Assembly (NCBI GenBank): GCA_030390025.1
Contig: CM059433.1
Location: 3,906,001-3,970,000 of the forward strand
Direction: 5' to 3'
Origin: Squalus acanthias
Taxonomy: Eukaryota
DNA: 64,000 nucleotides
Position numbers and translations under genes: made by a program. Every line of letters starts with the position of its first letter. Within the stretch, counting starts at the first letter, position 1. The notes beneath the pieces are model-generated. The model worked only from the letters and a program-made list of their open reading frames with translations, was not told the DNA's origin and did no database searches. This document shows positions 13,501-24,224 of this stretch, piece after piece.

Positions 13501-14716
13501 ATATAAAAATAGGGAGGTATTGCTTCAGTTGTACAAGGTATTGGTGAGACCGCACCTGGAATACTGCATACAGTTTTGGTGTCCTTACTTAAGGAAAGAC
13601 ATCCTTGCTCTCGAGGCAGTGCAAAAAAGGTTCACTCGGTTAATCCCGGGGATGAGGGGGTGGTCATATGAGGAGAGGTTGGGTAGATTGGGACTCTACT
13701 CATTGGAGTTCAGAAGAATGAGAGGCGATCTTATTGAAACATATAAGATTGTGAAGGGGTTGGATCGGGTGGATGCGGGGAGGATGTTCCCGATGACGGG
13801 TGAGACGAGAACTAGGGGACATAGTCTTAGAATAAGGGGCTGCTCTTTCAAAACTGAGATGAGGAGGAACTACTTCACTCAGAGGGTGGTAGGTCCATGG
13901 AATATGCTGCCACAAAAAGCTGTAGAAGCTACAACATTAATTAAATTTAAAACAGAAATAGACAGTTTCCTAGAAGTAAAGGGCATTAAGGGTTACGGGG
14001 AGCGGGCAGGAATTTGGACATGAGTCTAGGTTCGGATCGGTCATGGCCCTGTGGGTAGTGGAGCGGGCCCAGGGACTGTGTAGCCTGATTCTGCTCCTAT
14101 TTCGTGTGTGCAATTCTGTTAGATGCAGGAGATGGTTCTGTGATAGATAGTAGATTGGCGGTTAGGATCAGATCAGCCATGATCTTATTGAATGGCGGAG
14201 CAGGCTCGAGGGGCCGATTGGCCTACTCCTGCTCCTATTTCTTATGTTCTTATGTTCTTATGTTCACTCAGGATCCTGTTAACCGTGTCCATATCGGTGG
14301 CGATGGAGAGCACTCAGGATCCTGTTAACCCTGCCCGTATTGGTGGCGATGTTTAGCACTCAGGATCCTGTTAACCATGTCTGTATCAGTGGCGATGGAG
14401 AGCACTCAGGATCCTGTTAACCCTGCCCGTATCGGTGGCGATGGAGAGCACTCAGGATCCTGTTAACCGTGCCCGTATCGGTGGCGATGGAGAGCACTCA
14501 GGATCCTGTTAACCGTGCCCGTATCACTGGCGATGGAGAGCACTCAGTATCCTGTTAACCATGTCTTTATCAGTGGCGATGGAGAGCACTCAGGATCCTG
14601 TTAACCGTGCCCGTATCGGTGGCGATGGAGAGCACTCAGGATCCTGTTAACCGTGCCCGTATCGGTGGCGATGGAGAGCACTCAGGATCCTGTTAACCCT
14701 GCCCGTATCGGTGGCG
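10555..14716 (+). repeat. 46-bp minisatellite, about 30 units, split by the CR1 at 11477-14264
   Basis: Unit ATGGAGAGCACTCAGGATCCTGTTAACCCTGCCCGTATCGGTGGCG. Confidence 0.97.
11477..14264 (+). mobile_element. Young 5'-truncated CR1-clade LINE with uninterrupted ORF2 (partial APE endonuclease and RT)
   Basis: Motifs VYRPP, GDFN, SDHN, GVPQGSVLGP and FADD. Stop at 14023. Tail (TTATGTTC)n. Confidence 0.97.
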
Positions 14717-15784
14717 AGCAGCGAACGGAGCTTCTCGCAGTTGAAGCTCATAAAAACATATTTGCGATCGACCATTGGAATCGGCACGTTATCTTCGCCG
14801 GCCATCCTGTCTATCGAGAATGATGTGCCTCAAAATATCTTGGTGAACAAAGTTTGTTTATTTGTTACTGTTATTTATTAGTTTAGTGTTTAATTTAATA
14901 TTTAGTTTATTTTTCACTTAGCTATAATGTTATTTTTATGAGTTATATTGTTTATTATTTAAATTATAAAAAAACTTTTGAGATTACAGTTTTATTTTTG
15001 AAACTTTTGCTAACACTACTACATACTTAAACTCAAAAGAAAGGGCAGCAAAATACAAGTTTGCTCGAGGCGCTATTTCCCCTAAGGCTGGTCCTATGCA
15101 TCCATTGCCCCGAGCTGACCAACAAGGTCAGATCAGCTCCTTTAATTAGATTTTTGACGCTCCCGGCACATGGCACATGGCACATGGCACATGGCACATG
15201 GCACGCTGGGAGTGTGCATGAGTCAGGGGTGGGTTTTCAGGTGGTTGCACTTCCTCCTTAAAGGGAAGTTGGGTGCAAATTTTTTAAATGGTAGAACGAG
15301 GGGCAGAGGCAAAACAGCACCATTTCAAGATGCTGTTTTGAAAGTGCTTCTGCAGCAGGTGCTGCAAAGATAGGTAAATCATTTTGTAGAAGAGGGGCAT
15401 CCGCCAGTCAAGAGTACTGCCTGATCAGCATGCATGGAGGTGATGGACAGAGTTAATGCTCTCTACCTGTGGCCTGAACCTGGGAGCGGGAGAGGAGGAA
15501 ATGGGGATGCCAAGGTAAATCATAGTATTGTTGAGGCTGCCGCGAAACACGAATTAAGGCTGAATCCATTTGTGTTAAACAAGACTTTTTAATCACAGCA
15601 TGGCACAAAATGGCAGACTCAAAAGCTCCCAGAATTCTCTGGGTAATACCTGAGGGCCCTCCCCCTTCTGCCTTAAAGGTAAGGTGCCTTAAAGGGAAGG
15701 TGCTGGAAATTTGTCCACAGACGGAAGAGTGGATTATGCCCGTTTTAGGTGGCGATCCGCCACACAGCTCCCCCCAGAATCCGC

Positions 15785-16941
15785 TTAGGAGGTGTGGACG
15801 AGACGGTGCGGCGGTCTGATGGGCCGGCCGGAGCGGCTCTTGTAGGACGCCGGTGGACGTGGAACGGCCGGGCGTGGAGCAGCCGGGTGAACCGGCTTGA
15901 GGGCAGGTCGGCCGCGTGGAGGTGGACGAGCTACAGGGACCTGCTCACCGGGCTCCGAGTGTGCTGGCTTGAGTCGGTCAACCGACACTTTTTCGGTCCT
16001 GTCGCCCACTTGCAGGGTGAAAAATTTGTCCCCAGCCTGTAGCACCTTGTAGGGTCCGTCGTACGGGAGTTGAAGGGGTCCGCGGTGGGCATCGTGCCGG
16101 ACGAAAACAAACTGTGCCTGGTGCAGGCTTAGTGGGACGTGTGAGGTGGATTCGCCGTGTCGGGCAATGGGCACCGGGGCGAACTGCAGCGCCGGTGAGG
16201 CGAAGTCGTGGCATTGCTGGTCGGCTGACCAGGGTGTCGTGGCGGTGGGCAGGAACTCGCCGGGTACGCGCAGCGGCTGACCGTACACGAGCTCTGCTGC
16301 CGATGTGTGGAGGTCTTCTTTAACCGCGGTGCGCAGGCCGAGGAGGACCCACGGAAGTCGGTCGGTCCAGGCGCCGTCTTGGAGGCTGGCTCGAAGAGAT
16401 GCCTTCAAGGATCTGTGGAACCGCTCACACAGTCCGTTGGCTTGGGGGTGGTACGCTGTGGTGCGGTGAATGGTCACCCCGAGATTGCGTGCGACGGCGG
16501 TCCAGAGTTCAGAGGTAAATTGCGGACCTCTGTCCGACGTCATGTCGGAGGGGACGCCGAACCGTGCGACCCAGGTGCTGACGAAGGCTCTGGCGATGTC
16601 GGCGGTGGTGGTAGAGGTCAGTGGAATTGCCTCAGGCCAGCGTGTGGTGCGGCAGGGGCCCGACGATGTCCACGTGGATGTGGTCGAATCTCCGCGAGGG
16701 GACGGTAAACTCCTCGAGGGGTGCTTTCGTGTGTTGCTGTACCTTGGCCCGTTGGCAGGCTAGGCAGGAGTTGGCCCAAGTACGCACATCCTTGCGAAGG
16801 CCGCGCCAGACAAAGCGGTTGGCTGCCAATTTGATGGATGCGCGGGCGCCGGGGTGGGAGAGGTTGTGGAGAATGTCGAATACCCGGCGGTGCCAGGACG
16901 CTGGGACGACGGGCCGAGGTTGACATAGGGATATGTCGCAC
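15785..16941 (-). pseudogene. Gypsy integrase, disrupted by frameshifts and a short deletion after HVDIVGPLP
   Basis: Zinc-finger end SCLACQ, plus HVDIVGP, SDRGPQF, YHPQANGLCERFH and GPY motifs, spread over different frames. Confidence 0.9.
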
Positions 16942-17065
16942 TTGACCGTGACTGCGGTCGGGCCACAGGTGACGTCGGCCAGGCGTAGCCCTGGTAGGTT
17001 CGTGGGTGCGGAGAGCAGATCAGGGTCGGTGATCTGGTCTGCTGCGAGTTGAGCGTAGTCGACTG

Positions 17066-19549
17066 CTAGGTGTGCGGCGTGGATGGCGGGGCGATGAGGC
17101 AGTCGGCTACCACATTGTCTCGGCCGGAGACGTGTTGGATGTCCGTGGTGAACTTGGACACTGCCGCGAGCTGGCGCTGCTGCCTGGCGGACCAGGGGTC
17201 GGTTGTCTTTGCCATTGCGAATGTCAGGGGCTTGTGGTCGACAAACGCAGTGAAGGGGTGGCCCTCAAGCAAAAACCGGAAATGGCGGACCGCCAGGAAC
17301 AGTGCGAGGAGCTCGCGGTCGAAGGTGCTGTAATTGACCTCCGGGGGGCGTAGTTGGCGGCTGAAGAAGGCAAGTGGTTGCCAGGCGCCGTCGACCCACT
17401 GCTCATACACGGCGCCGACCGCGTGGTCGGAGGCGTCCGTGGTGAGCGCTACCCTGGCATTGGGCCGTGGGTGCGTGAGCAGGGTGGCGTTGGCAAGCAT
17501 GGTCTTGGTGGAATCGAAGGTGGCGGACGCGTCTGCCATCCATTCGACCGCCATCTTGCCGTTCCTGCCCCGGAGGGCTTCATACAGGGGCCTCATGAGG
17601 GACGCCGCTTTGGGGATGAAGCGGTTATAGAAATTCACCATCCCGAGGAACTCCTGGAGGCCTTTGATGGTGGTGGGGCGGGGAAATTGTTGGACGGCCT
17701 GCACCTTGGTGGGCAGGGGAATGGCCCCAGCATGGGTGATGTGGTGGCCGAGGAAGTCGATCTTGTCCAGGCCGAACTGGCATTTGGCTGGGCTGAGGAT
17801 GAGCCCGTCGTCGCTGAGGCGCCCAAACAGGATGCGAAGGTGTTCGAGGTGTTCCTGCTTGGAGGAACTGGCTACCAGGATGTCGTCCAGGTAGACGAAC
17901 AGGAACTTCAGGTCCCGAAGGACCGAGTCCATGAGCCGTTGGAATGCCTGGGCCACGTTTTTGAGGCCGAAGGGCATCCGCAGGAACTCGAACAGGCCGA
18001 AGGGGGTGATTACGGCCGTCTTGGGGACATCCGCGGGGTGGACGGGAACTTGGTGGTAGCTGCGCACCAGGTCGACCTTGGAAAAGACTGAGCGGCCGGC
18101 CAGTCTAGCCGAGAAGTCCTGAATGTGCGGCACGGGGTACCGATCAGGGGTGGTGGCGTCGTGGAGGCGGCGGTAATCCCCGCAGGGGCGCCAACCCCCG
18201 CCTGGTTTGGGGGCGATGTGGAGTGGGGAGGCCCAGGGACTGTTGGAGCGGCGGATGATGCCGAGCTGTTCCATGGTGGCAAACTCGGTCCGCGCGATCT
18301 CCAGTTTGGCCGGGTCCAGCCTGCGGACGTGGGCGTACACTGGGGGGCCTGTGGTGGGGATGAAGTGTTCCACCCCGTGTTTGGCGGCCTCCGCGGAGAA
18401 GGTCGGATTGGTAAGGGCCGGGAATTCGGCCAGGAGTGCCGAGTAGTCATCCGTGGCCCGGGCGTGGCACTGTGATGCCATGTCGGCGGGTTGACGGGGG
18501 GCCATGGCGCCCAGGATGGGGAACATGGTGTTCATGTCCACGAGGCGGTGATGAGGGATGTCTACCAGTAGGCCGTGGGTGCACAGGAAATCTGCGCCGA
18601 TGAGGGGGGAGAGCACCTTGGCAGTGATGAACTCCCATCGGTAGCAGTGACCAGCGAGGTCGAGGGTGACTGTCCGGGTGCCATACGTCCGGATTTCCGA
18701 GCCGTTAGCAGCAGCCAGCGCCGGTCCTCGTTCGCCCTTTTGGATGTCGAGGGAGGAGGCCGGGATGATGCTGTGCTGAGCCCCAGTGTCGCACAGGAAC
18801 CGGCGGCCGGTTTTGTCATCCGTGATGAACAGCAGGGAGCCCGCGTGGCCCATGGCCATCGCAGGGGCTGGAACGGGGGCGGACTTGAAAGAGCAGGGAG
18901 GTGTGCACCGTTGTGCCCTGGCGCCGAACCGTGCGTGGTAGTAACAGTGGCCCGGGTTAGTGGGGCGCGAAGGCCCCGTGGGCCTGGTGGCTGGGCCTTG
19001 TGGCCGCGTGCTGGATGGTGAGGGGCGCGCCCAGGCATTGGCTGCCAGGGTGACGTCGCGGCTGGAGTGAGCGGACAGCAGCTTGTCGGCCTCATCAACC
19101 AGGGCTTCCAGGTTCGTGAGGCCGGATGCCACGATCGCTGGGCGGATGCTGAGAGGGAGCTGGCGGATGAATAGTGTGCGGAAGAGGGATCCGGGTGGGC
19201 TCTCGTGGGTGAGGGAGAGCATGTGGGAGAGGAGGTCTGACGGTGAGGCATCACCGAGGCCTGGAAGGTCGAGGAGGTGGCAGTTTCGCTGATATGCCGA
19301 GGCCGTAAATTTTTTAAGGAGCGCTGTCCTGAGATGTGCATACTTGCCTTCCTCTGGTGGGTTCTGCAGCGTTGTCCAAACCTTGGAAACTGCGGCGCTA
19401 CTGAGTGATGTGACGAGAACGTCGTACTTCGTCCCATCTGTGGTGATATTTCGCAGCCGGAAGCAAGATTCAGCTTGGAGAAACCAGGCTTCGGGCTGGT
19501 TTTCCCAAAACTCCGGCAGTTTCATGGAAACTGCGTTCGTGTCCGCCAT
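17066..19549 (-). CDS. Gypsy gag-pol: Gag with CHCC motif, protease, RT and RNase H; frameshifted before integrase
   Basis: Motifs CYYHARFGARAQRCTPPC, FLCDTGA, YLDDIL, TDAS and FVDHKPL. Confidence 0.93.
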   Translation of the reverse strand: MADTNAVSMKLPEFWENQPEAWFLQAESCFRLRNITTDGTKYDVLVTSLSSAAVSKVWTTLQNPPEEGKYAHLRTALLKKFTASAYQRNCHLLDLPGLGDASPSDLLSHMLSLTHESPPGSLFRTLFIRQLPLSIRPAIVASGLTNLEALVDEADKLLSAHSSRDVTLAANAWARPSPSSTRPQGPATRPTGPSRPTNPGHCYYHARFGARAQRCTPPCSFKSAPVPAPAMAMGHAGSLLFITDDKTGRRFLCDTGAQHSIIPASSLDIQKGERGPALAAANGSEIRTYGTRTVTLDLAGHCYRWEFITAKVLSPLIGADFLCTHGLLVDIPHHRLVDMNTMFPILGAMAPRQPADMASQCHARATDDYSALLAEFPALTNPTFSAEAAKHGVEHFIPTTGPPVYAHVRRLDPAKLEIARTEFATMEQLGIIRRSNSPWASPLHIAPKPGGGWRPCGDYRRLHDATTPDRYPVPHIQDFSARLAGRSVFSKVDLVRSYHQVPVHPADVPKTAVITPFGLFEFLRMPFGLKNVAQAFQRLMDSVLRDLKFLFVYLDDILVASSSKQEHLEHLRILFGRLSDDGLILSPAKCQFGLDKIDFLGHHITHAGAIPLPTKVQAVQQFPRPTTIKGLQEFLGMVNFYNRFIPKAASLMRPLYEALRGRNGKMAVEWMADASATFDSTKTMLANATLLTHPRPNARVALTTDASDHAVGAVYEQWVDGAWQPLAFFSRQLRPPEVNYSTFDRELLALFLAVRHFRFLLEGHPFTAFVDHKPLTFAMAKTTDPWSARQQRQLAAVSKFTTDIQHVSGRDNVVADCLIAPPSTPHT

Positions 19550-19832
19550 TGCAGTGCTCGGAATACGTTCTGAGCGTCGGGGTCACCAATGTTGAGGCTG
19601 CCGCGAAACACGAATTAAGGCTGAATCCATTTGTGTTAAACAAGACTTTTTAATCACAGCATGGCACAAAATGGCAGACTCAAAAGCTCCCAGAATTCTC
19701 TGGGTAAAACCTGAGGCCCCGCCCCTTCTGCCTTAAAGGTAAGGTGCCTTAAAGGGAAGGTGCTGGAAATTTGTTCACAGACGGAAGAGTGGATTATGCC
19801 CGTTTTCGGTGGCGATCCGCCACAGTATCATA

Positions 19833-20295
19833 CATAAGAACATAACAACATAAGAATTAAGAGCAGGAGTTGGCTATACGGCCCCTCGAGCCTGCTCCGC
19901 CATTCAATAAGATTATGGCTGATCATCGACCTCAACTCCACTTGCCCGCCCGATCCCCATATCCCTTGATTCCCCTAGAGTCCAAAAATCTATCGATCTC
20001 AGCCTTGAATATACTCAACGACTGAGCCTCCACAGCCCTCTGGATACAGCACAGAAGGAGGATATTCGGCCCATCGTGCCTGTGCTGGCTCTTTGGTAGA
20101 GCTCTCCAATTAATCCCACTCCCCTGCTCTTTCCCCATAGCCTTGTAATTTTTTTTATCCAATTCCCTTTTGAATGTTATTGTTGAATCTGCCTCCACCA
20201 CCTTTTCAGGCAGCGCATTCCAGATCACAACAGCTCGCTGTATAAAAGAATGTTTCCTCCTGTCACCTCTGGTTCTTTTGCCAATTACCTTTGCC
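19833..20295 (-). mobile_element. Two adjoining CR1 3'-end fragments
   Basis: WNALPEKVVEA, GIKGYGDRAGKWS, and a CR1 tail. Confidence 0.88.
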
Positions 20296-20668
20296 AAATG
20301 TGGTCACATTGAACCATAATTTAATAATGTTGTCTTGCAAAGCATCTTAATAGCACTTCAATGTAGTCATGATGCAGCATCACAGAAGGACAATGCACAT
20401 TTCTCCAGCAATTGTTCAGCTACTTTCCAAATGCACAGGCATGCCTGAGTTTTAGCAGGGCCCTCTGTGTTGGTGCTATCACAATGATTTTGCCACATGG
20501 CCTATGAAACTCGGCAAGCAACAAACACAAGGTACCTGCATGCTTCATATTCACACAATCACATAAGGTGGTTGCTAGGCACTTGGGTCATACACACCTC
20601 TCATATTCCTTATTCCAACAAATGTCCTTGTTCTGTCTATTACAGAGGTGCAGAGCAACAGTGACAGA

Positions 20669-21813
20669 GGGCTCGATTTTAATAGCCCTGAGGAGGCGGG
20701 TTTGGAGGTGTGTCACCTGCGAAAATCGGAAAAAGTGGCTTCAGACACAAAACCCGCCTCCATCCCGCCCCCACCCGATTTTCGTGAGTGTCGGTTCAGC
20801 CGCTCCCAAACTGACCCGACTCCAACTGGTGGGACAGGTAGTTAAGGCAGTTAAGAGCCTGTTAACTGCCTTGCTAATCCTATTTTGACAGCGGTTTCCC
20901 ATTTTCGTGCCTCTGGCTCCTGTTTCCCGTCTTGTCAGAAACAGTCCAGCTGCAAGGAGACGAGTTGGTGGAGGACATGATCTGTAGTCATTATTGGTGC
21001 AGAACTTTAAAAGCGCTCCTGTAACATGGCTGGCATTCAAATGCAACAACTTTGTTGTTGGAGGTTTGGGATAAGATTTTGCAAATTTACTGACCTTGTG
21101 ACTGGTCAAGCTGACACACATCTGCTGTTTGAACTGATTGGAATAATTTCAGGCCACTTTGAGTGTGCGCTTGCAAGCTTCTTGCCTCAACTGAAATCTA
21201 TAACAATGGGATGGGAACCATTTTCATCCTCTCATCCTGGTCGTCAGATTCGGAGGAAGAGCAGCGTGGCTTAGTGCTGTCGGATGAACAAGTGGCTCAG
21301 CACACAGCCTCCTTGGAGGAAGATGAAGAGGACGAGGAAGAGGATGAGGAGGAGGACGGGGAGTGATGCCTTGCGGGGCCGGATGTGGCCAATCCAGCAG
21401 CAGGCGACCACATTGCTGGCCGTCAGGCAAGGGATGCACTCATCCATGCCAGATTCGCGTAATCTTACGCTTCAACCACAGGTGACTGGCACATGGAGAT
21501 GAATATAGGTCCGACAGTCTCAAACCCCAGGCATCATCTGTCCAATAAATGGTGGTTTGCACTCAGTGTCACCGCCATCATTCTACATGGAAATCACCCT
21601 GAGCCCTCACTCTTGAACTTCCATATCCCAGAACATCAGACGCGAGAAACTGACAGCCTCCAAGCAATTGCCTGGAGGGACCCGCACGTCGGCCGTAACG
21701 AGGCCAATCAAGCCAAAATAGTAAGTGATGGGAGGCAGCAGCCGGGAGCGGGTCGGAAAACCGCCGAGCAGCGGGCCCGCCCTCAACCCGCCTCCATTAG
21801 TAAAATCGAGCCC
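20669..21813. mobile_element. Non-autonomous TIR element
   Basis: Perfect 13-bp TIR GGGCTCGATTTTA / TAAAATCGAGCCC, flanked on both sides by ACAGA. Confidence 0.85.
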
Positions 21814-22199
21814 ACAGACAGAAGGCAGCACATATTATTCACCAGCAATTGTAGACAGAACGTGGGTCACCTAATTACCACTCTTGACTCCCTACGAGAA
21901 AAAAGCCCTGGAAATTTTGGGCGTGGGGGCAATAGAGGTAATGGTGCAGGGTGAGGTTGGAAAACTCTCCCGGCTCACACTAGTATCATCCTTTCCTTTT
22001 CATTCTCTCTTTCCCCTTATTTATTCACTCATTCACTCTCTCACGCACTGTAGCACTGTAGTCTTCGCCCCGGCATGTAAGATATGCTCTTCTGTTCCTG
22101 TCGGTGCCCTACAGGAGGTGGTGTTAGAGCCCAACCTTAACCAAACACCTCAAAGTACCCTGCGCCACCCACTCCCCCATTGGCAACCACGGGCAGAAG

Positions 22200-22673
22200 T
22201 ATAGGCAGCGCAACACAAGCTCGAGGAACAGCACCTTATCTTTCGATTAGGCACTTTACAGCCTTCTGGACTCACCATTGAGTTCAACAATTTCAGATTA
22301 TAACCTCGGCCCCTGTATTTCTTTATATATTTTTTCCTCTTGTTTTCTCACATGGCAGCTGTTAATGTTGCTGCCATCACCATTCACACCTCATCTAGAG
22401 TCATCTTTTGTTTCTTAACTTGTCCCATTACCCCTCCTTTTGCCTCGCACTATCATCCCTTTTGTTAGTCAATCTCTCCTGCCTTCCATCCTATCACAGA
22501 CCTTCCCTTTGTTCTTTCCTCCCCTCCTCCCTGCCCCTGCTTAAAAATCTCTCCTCCCTAACCTTTTCCAGTTCTGACGAAGGGTCCTCGACCCGAAACG
22601 TTGACTCTGTTTCTCTCTCCTCGATGCTGCCTGACCTGCTGAGTGTTTCCAGCATTTTCTGTTGTTATTTCAG
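22200..22673 (+). mobile_element. 3' end of a second Penelope-like family
   Basis: KLEEQHLIFRLGTLQPSGLTIEF resembles a GIY-YIG C-terminus. Hammerhead-like CTGACGAA-GGGTC-ctc-GACCC-GAAACGTT at about 22574-22602. A small related fragment lies at about 31062-31130. Confidence 0.8.
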
Positions 22674-23204
22674 TATATGCACTCTGCTGGGTTGCTGGAC
22701 AGAGCACTTAGTGAAGCACACAGCACAATTGAGGAGGAACAAGTGGAGGTGGAATTGCAGGAACCTGCTGGCCAAGGACCAGCTCAAGAGCTTCAACAGC
22801 TTCTATGCCCAGGGAGATGGAGCTCATAGGGCCTGCTTGTAAATGTAGTTTAGTACCTCGTTTTGAGTGAGTGCACCAAGCAGTCTGTGCAGCAGGGAGG
22901 AATCCACAACCTGCATCTGTGCAGTGCATGTTCAGCCATCAGGCCAAGCTGTGGACCACAGTGGAGAGCATAGCCACACCAGGGCCCCCTGCAGTGGAGC
23001 AGCCTGTGACAGAGAGTCTAGGTTCAGGCACACCTTCCACCACATGCTTTGGCTGGGATTTTGTATTGATGGGGGAGGGGGTTCCAAACCCCATGTTGGG
23101 AATTCAGATTGAAATAGGCGTAATGCAGGGCTACGACAATCTCTTTGATACCCAGCAGCTGCTGCCATGCAGATCTGTGGACCTGAAGGGAAATGGCTGG
23201 AGAT

Positions 23205-23637
23205 GGTTAAGCAGCGCCTCGATTTCAAAATTCCCATCCTTGTTTTCAAATCCCTCCAAGGCCTCGCCCCTCCCTATCTCTGTAATCTCCTCCAGTCCCA
23301 CAACCCCCCGAGATATCTGCGCTCCTCTAATTCTGCCCTCTTGAACATCCCTGATTATAATCGCTCAACCTTTGGTGGCCGTGCCTTCTGTTGCCTAGGC
23401 CCTAAGCTCTGGAATCCCCTGCCTAAACCTCTCCGCCTCGCTACCTCTCATTCCTCCTTTAAGACGCTCCTTAAAACCTACCTCTTTGACCAAGCTTTTG
23501 GTCACCTGCCCTAATTTATCCTTATGTGGATCGGTGTCAAATTTGTTGTCTTAAAATACTCCTGTGCAGCGCCTTGGGACGAGTTACTACGTTAAAGGCG
23601 CTATATAAATACAAGTTGTTGTTGTTGTTGTTGTTGA
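23205..23637 (+). mobile_element. L2 3' fragment of the same family
   Basis: FKIPILVFKSL...LKTYLFDQAF and a (GTT)n tail. Confidence 0.9.
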
Positions 23638-23919
23638 GGGTGTAACCAGCAGAAGGGAAATGGCTGGAGATGGTACTGATGATGAAACTGTCTCTTAAGG
23701 TAACACCGCATCATAACACCCAGCTCAAATGAGTACAGACGTATCATACAGCATAAAGGCTCAGCCAATCACTGCATCAGTCCTGTCACTGTAGGGCCAG
23801 CTACAGATCCAACACGATCAGGTATTGGACCATGCACCAACCATCCACCTGAATTCCTCTTCCCACTGAGGGAACACTAAGAAGAAGAAGAAAGAAAGGA
23901 AGAAAGACATACATACATA

Positions 23920-24224
23920 CATTTCTATAGCGTCTTTCACGACCACCGGACGTCTCAAAGCGCTTTACAGCCAATGAAGTACTTTTGGAGTGTAGTCACT
24001 GTTGTAATGTGGGAAACACGGCAGCCAATTTGCGCACAGCAAGCTCCCACAAACAGCAATGTGATAATGACCAGATCATCTGTTTTTGTTATGTTGGTTG
24101 AGGGATAAATATTGGCTCTTCTTCGAAATAGTGGCTATGGGATCTTTTAAGTCCACCTGAGAGAGCAGACGGGACCTCGGTTTTAACGTCTCATCTGAAC
24201 GACGGCACCTCCGACAGTGCAGCA
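23920..24224 (-). mobile_element. SINE copy of the same family
   Basis: Reverse-complement match to 58660-58985. Confidence 0.88.

Larger units (their letters stand above)
10355..15096 (+). mobile_element. Internally deleted hAT DNA transposon relic hosting a minisatellite and a CR1
   Basis: Degenerate TIRs CAGGGCTGGCCTTA / TAAGGCTGGTCCTA. Collapsing the array gives FPNTWRALRILLTLPVSVASSERSFSQLKLIKTYLRST, the hAT C-terminal dimerisation signature. Confidence 0.85.
15529..19824 (-). mobile_element. Full-length but defective Ty3/Gypsy LTR retrotransposon, CsRn1-like
   Basis: TG...CA LTRs at 15529-15764 and 19590-19824 with few mismatches. 4-bp TSD GTAT. PBS TGGTGACCCCGACG is complementary to tRNA-Trp. 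Purine tract GGGGGGAG lies next to the 3' LTR. Confidence 0.97.

Noticed and set aside
17070..19595. Many overlapping antisense ORFs in the Gypsy element
   Set aside because: These are expected shadows of GC-rich coding sequence.
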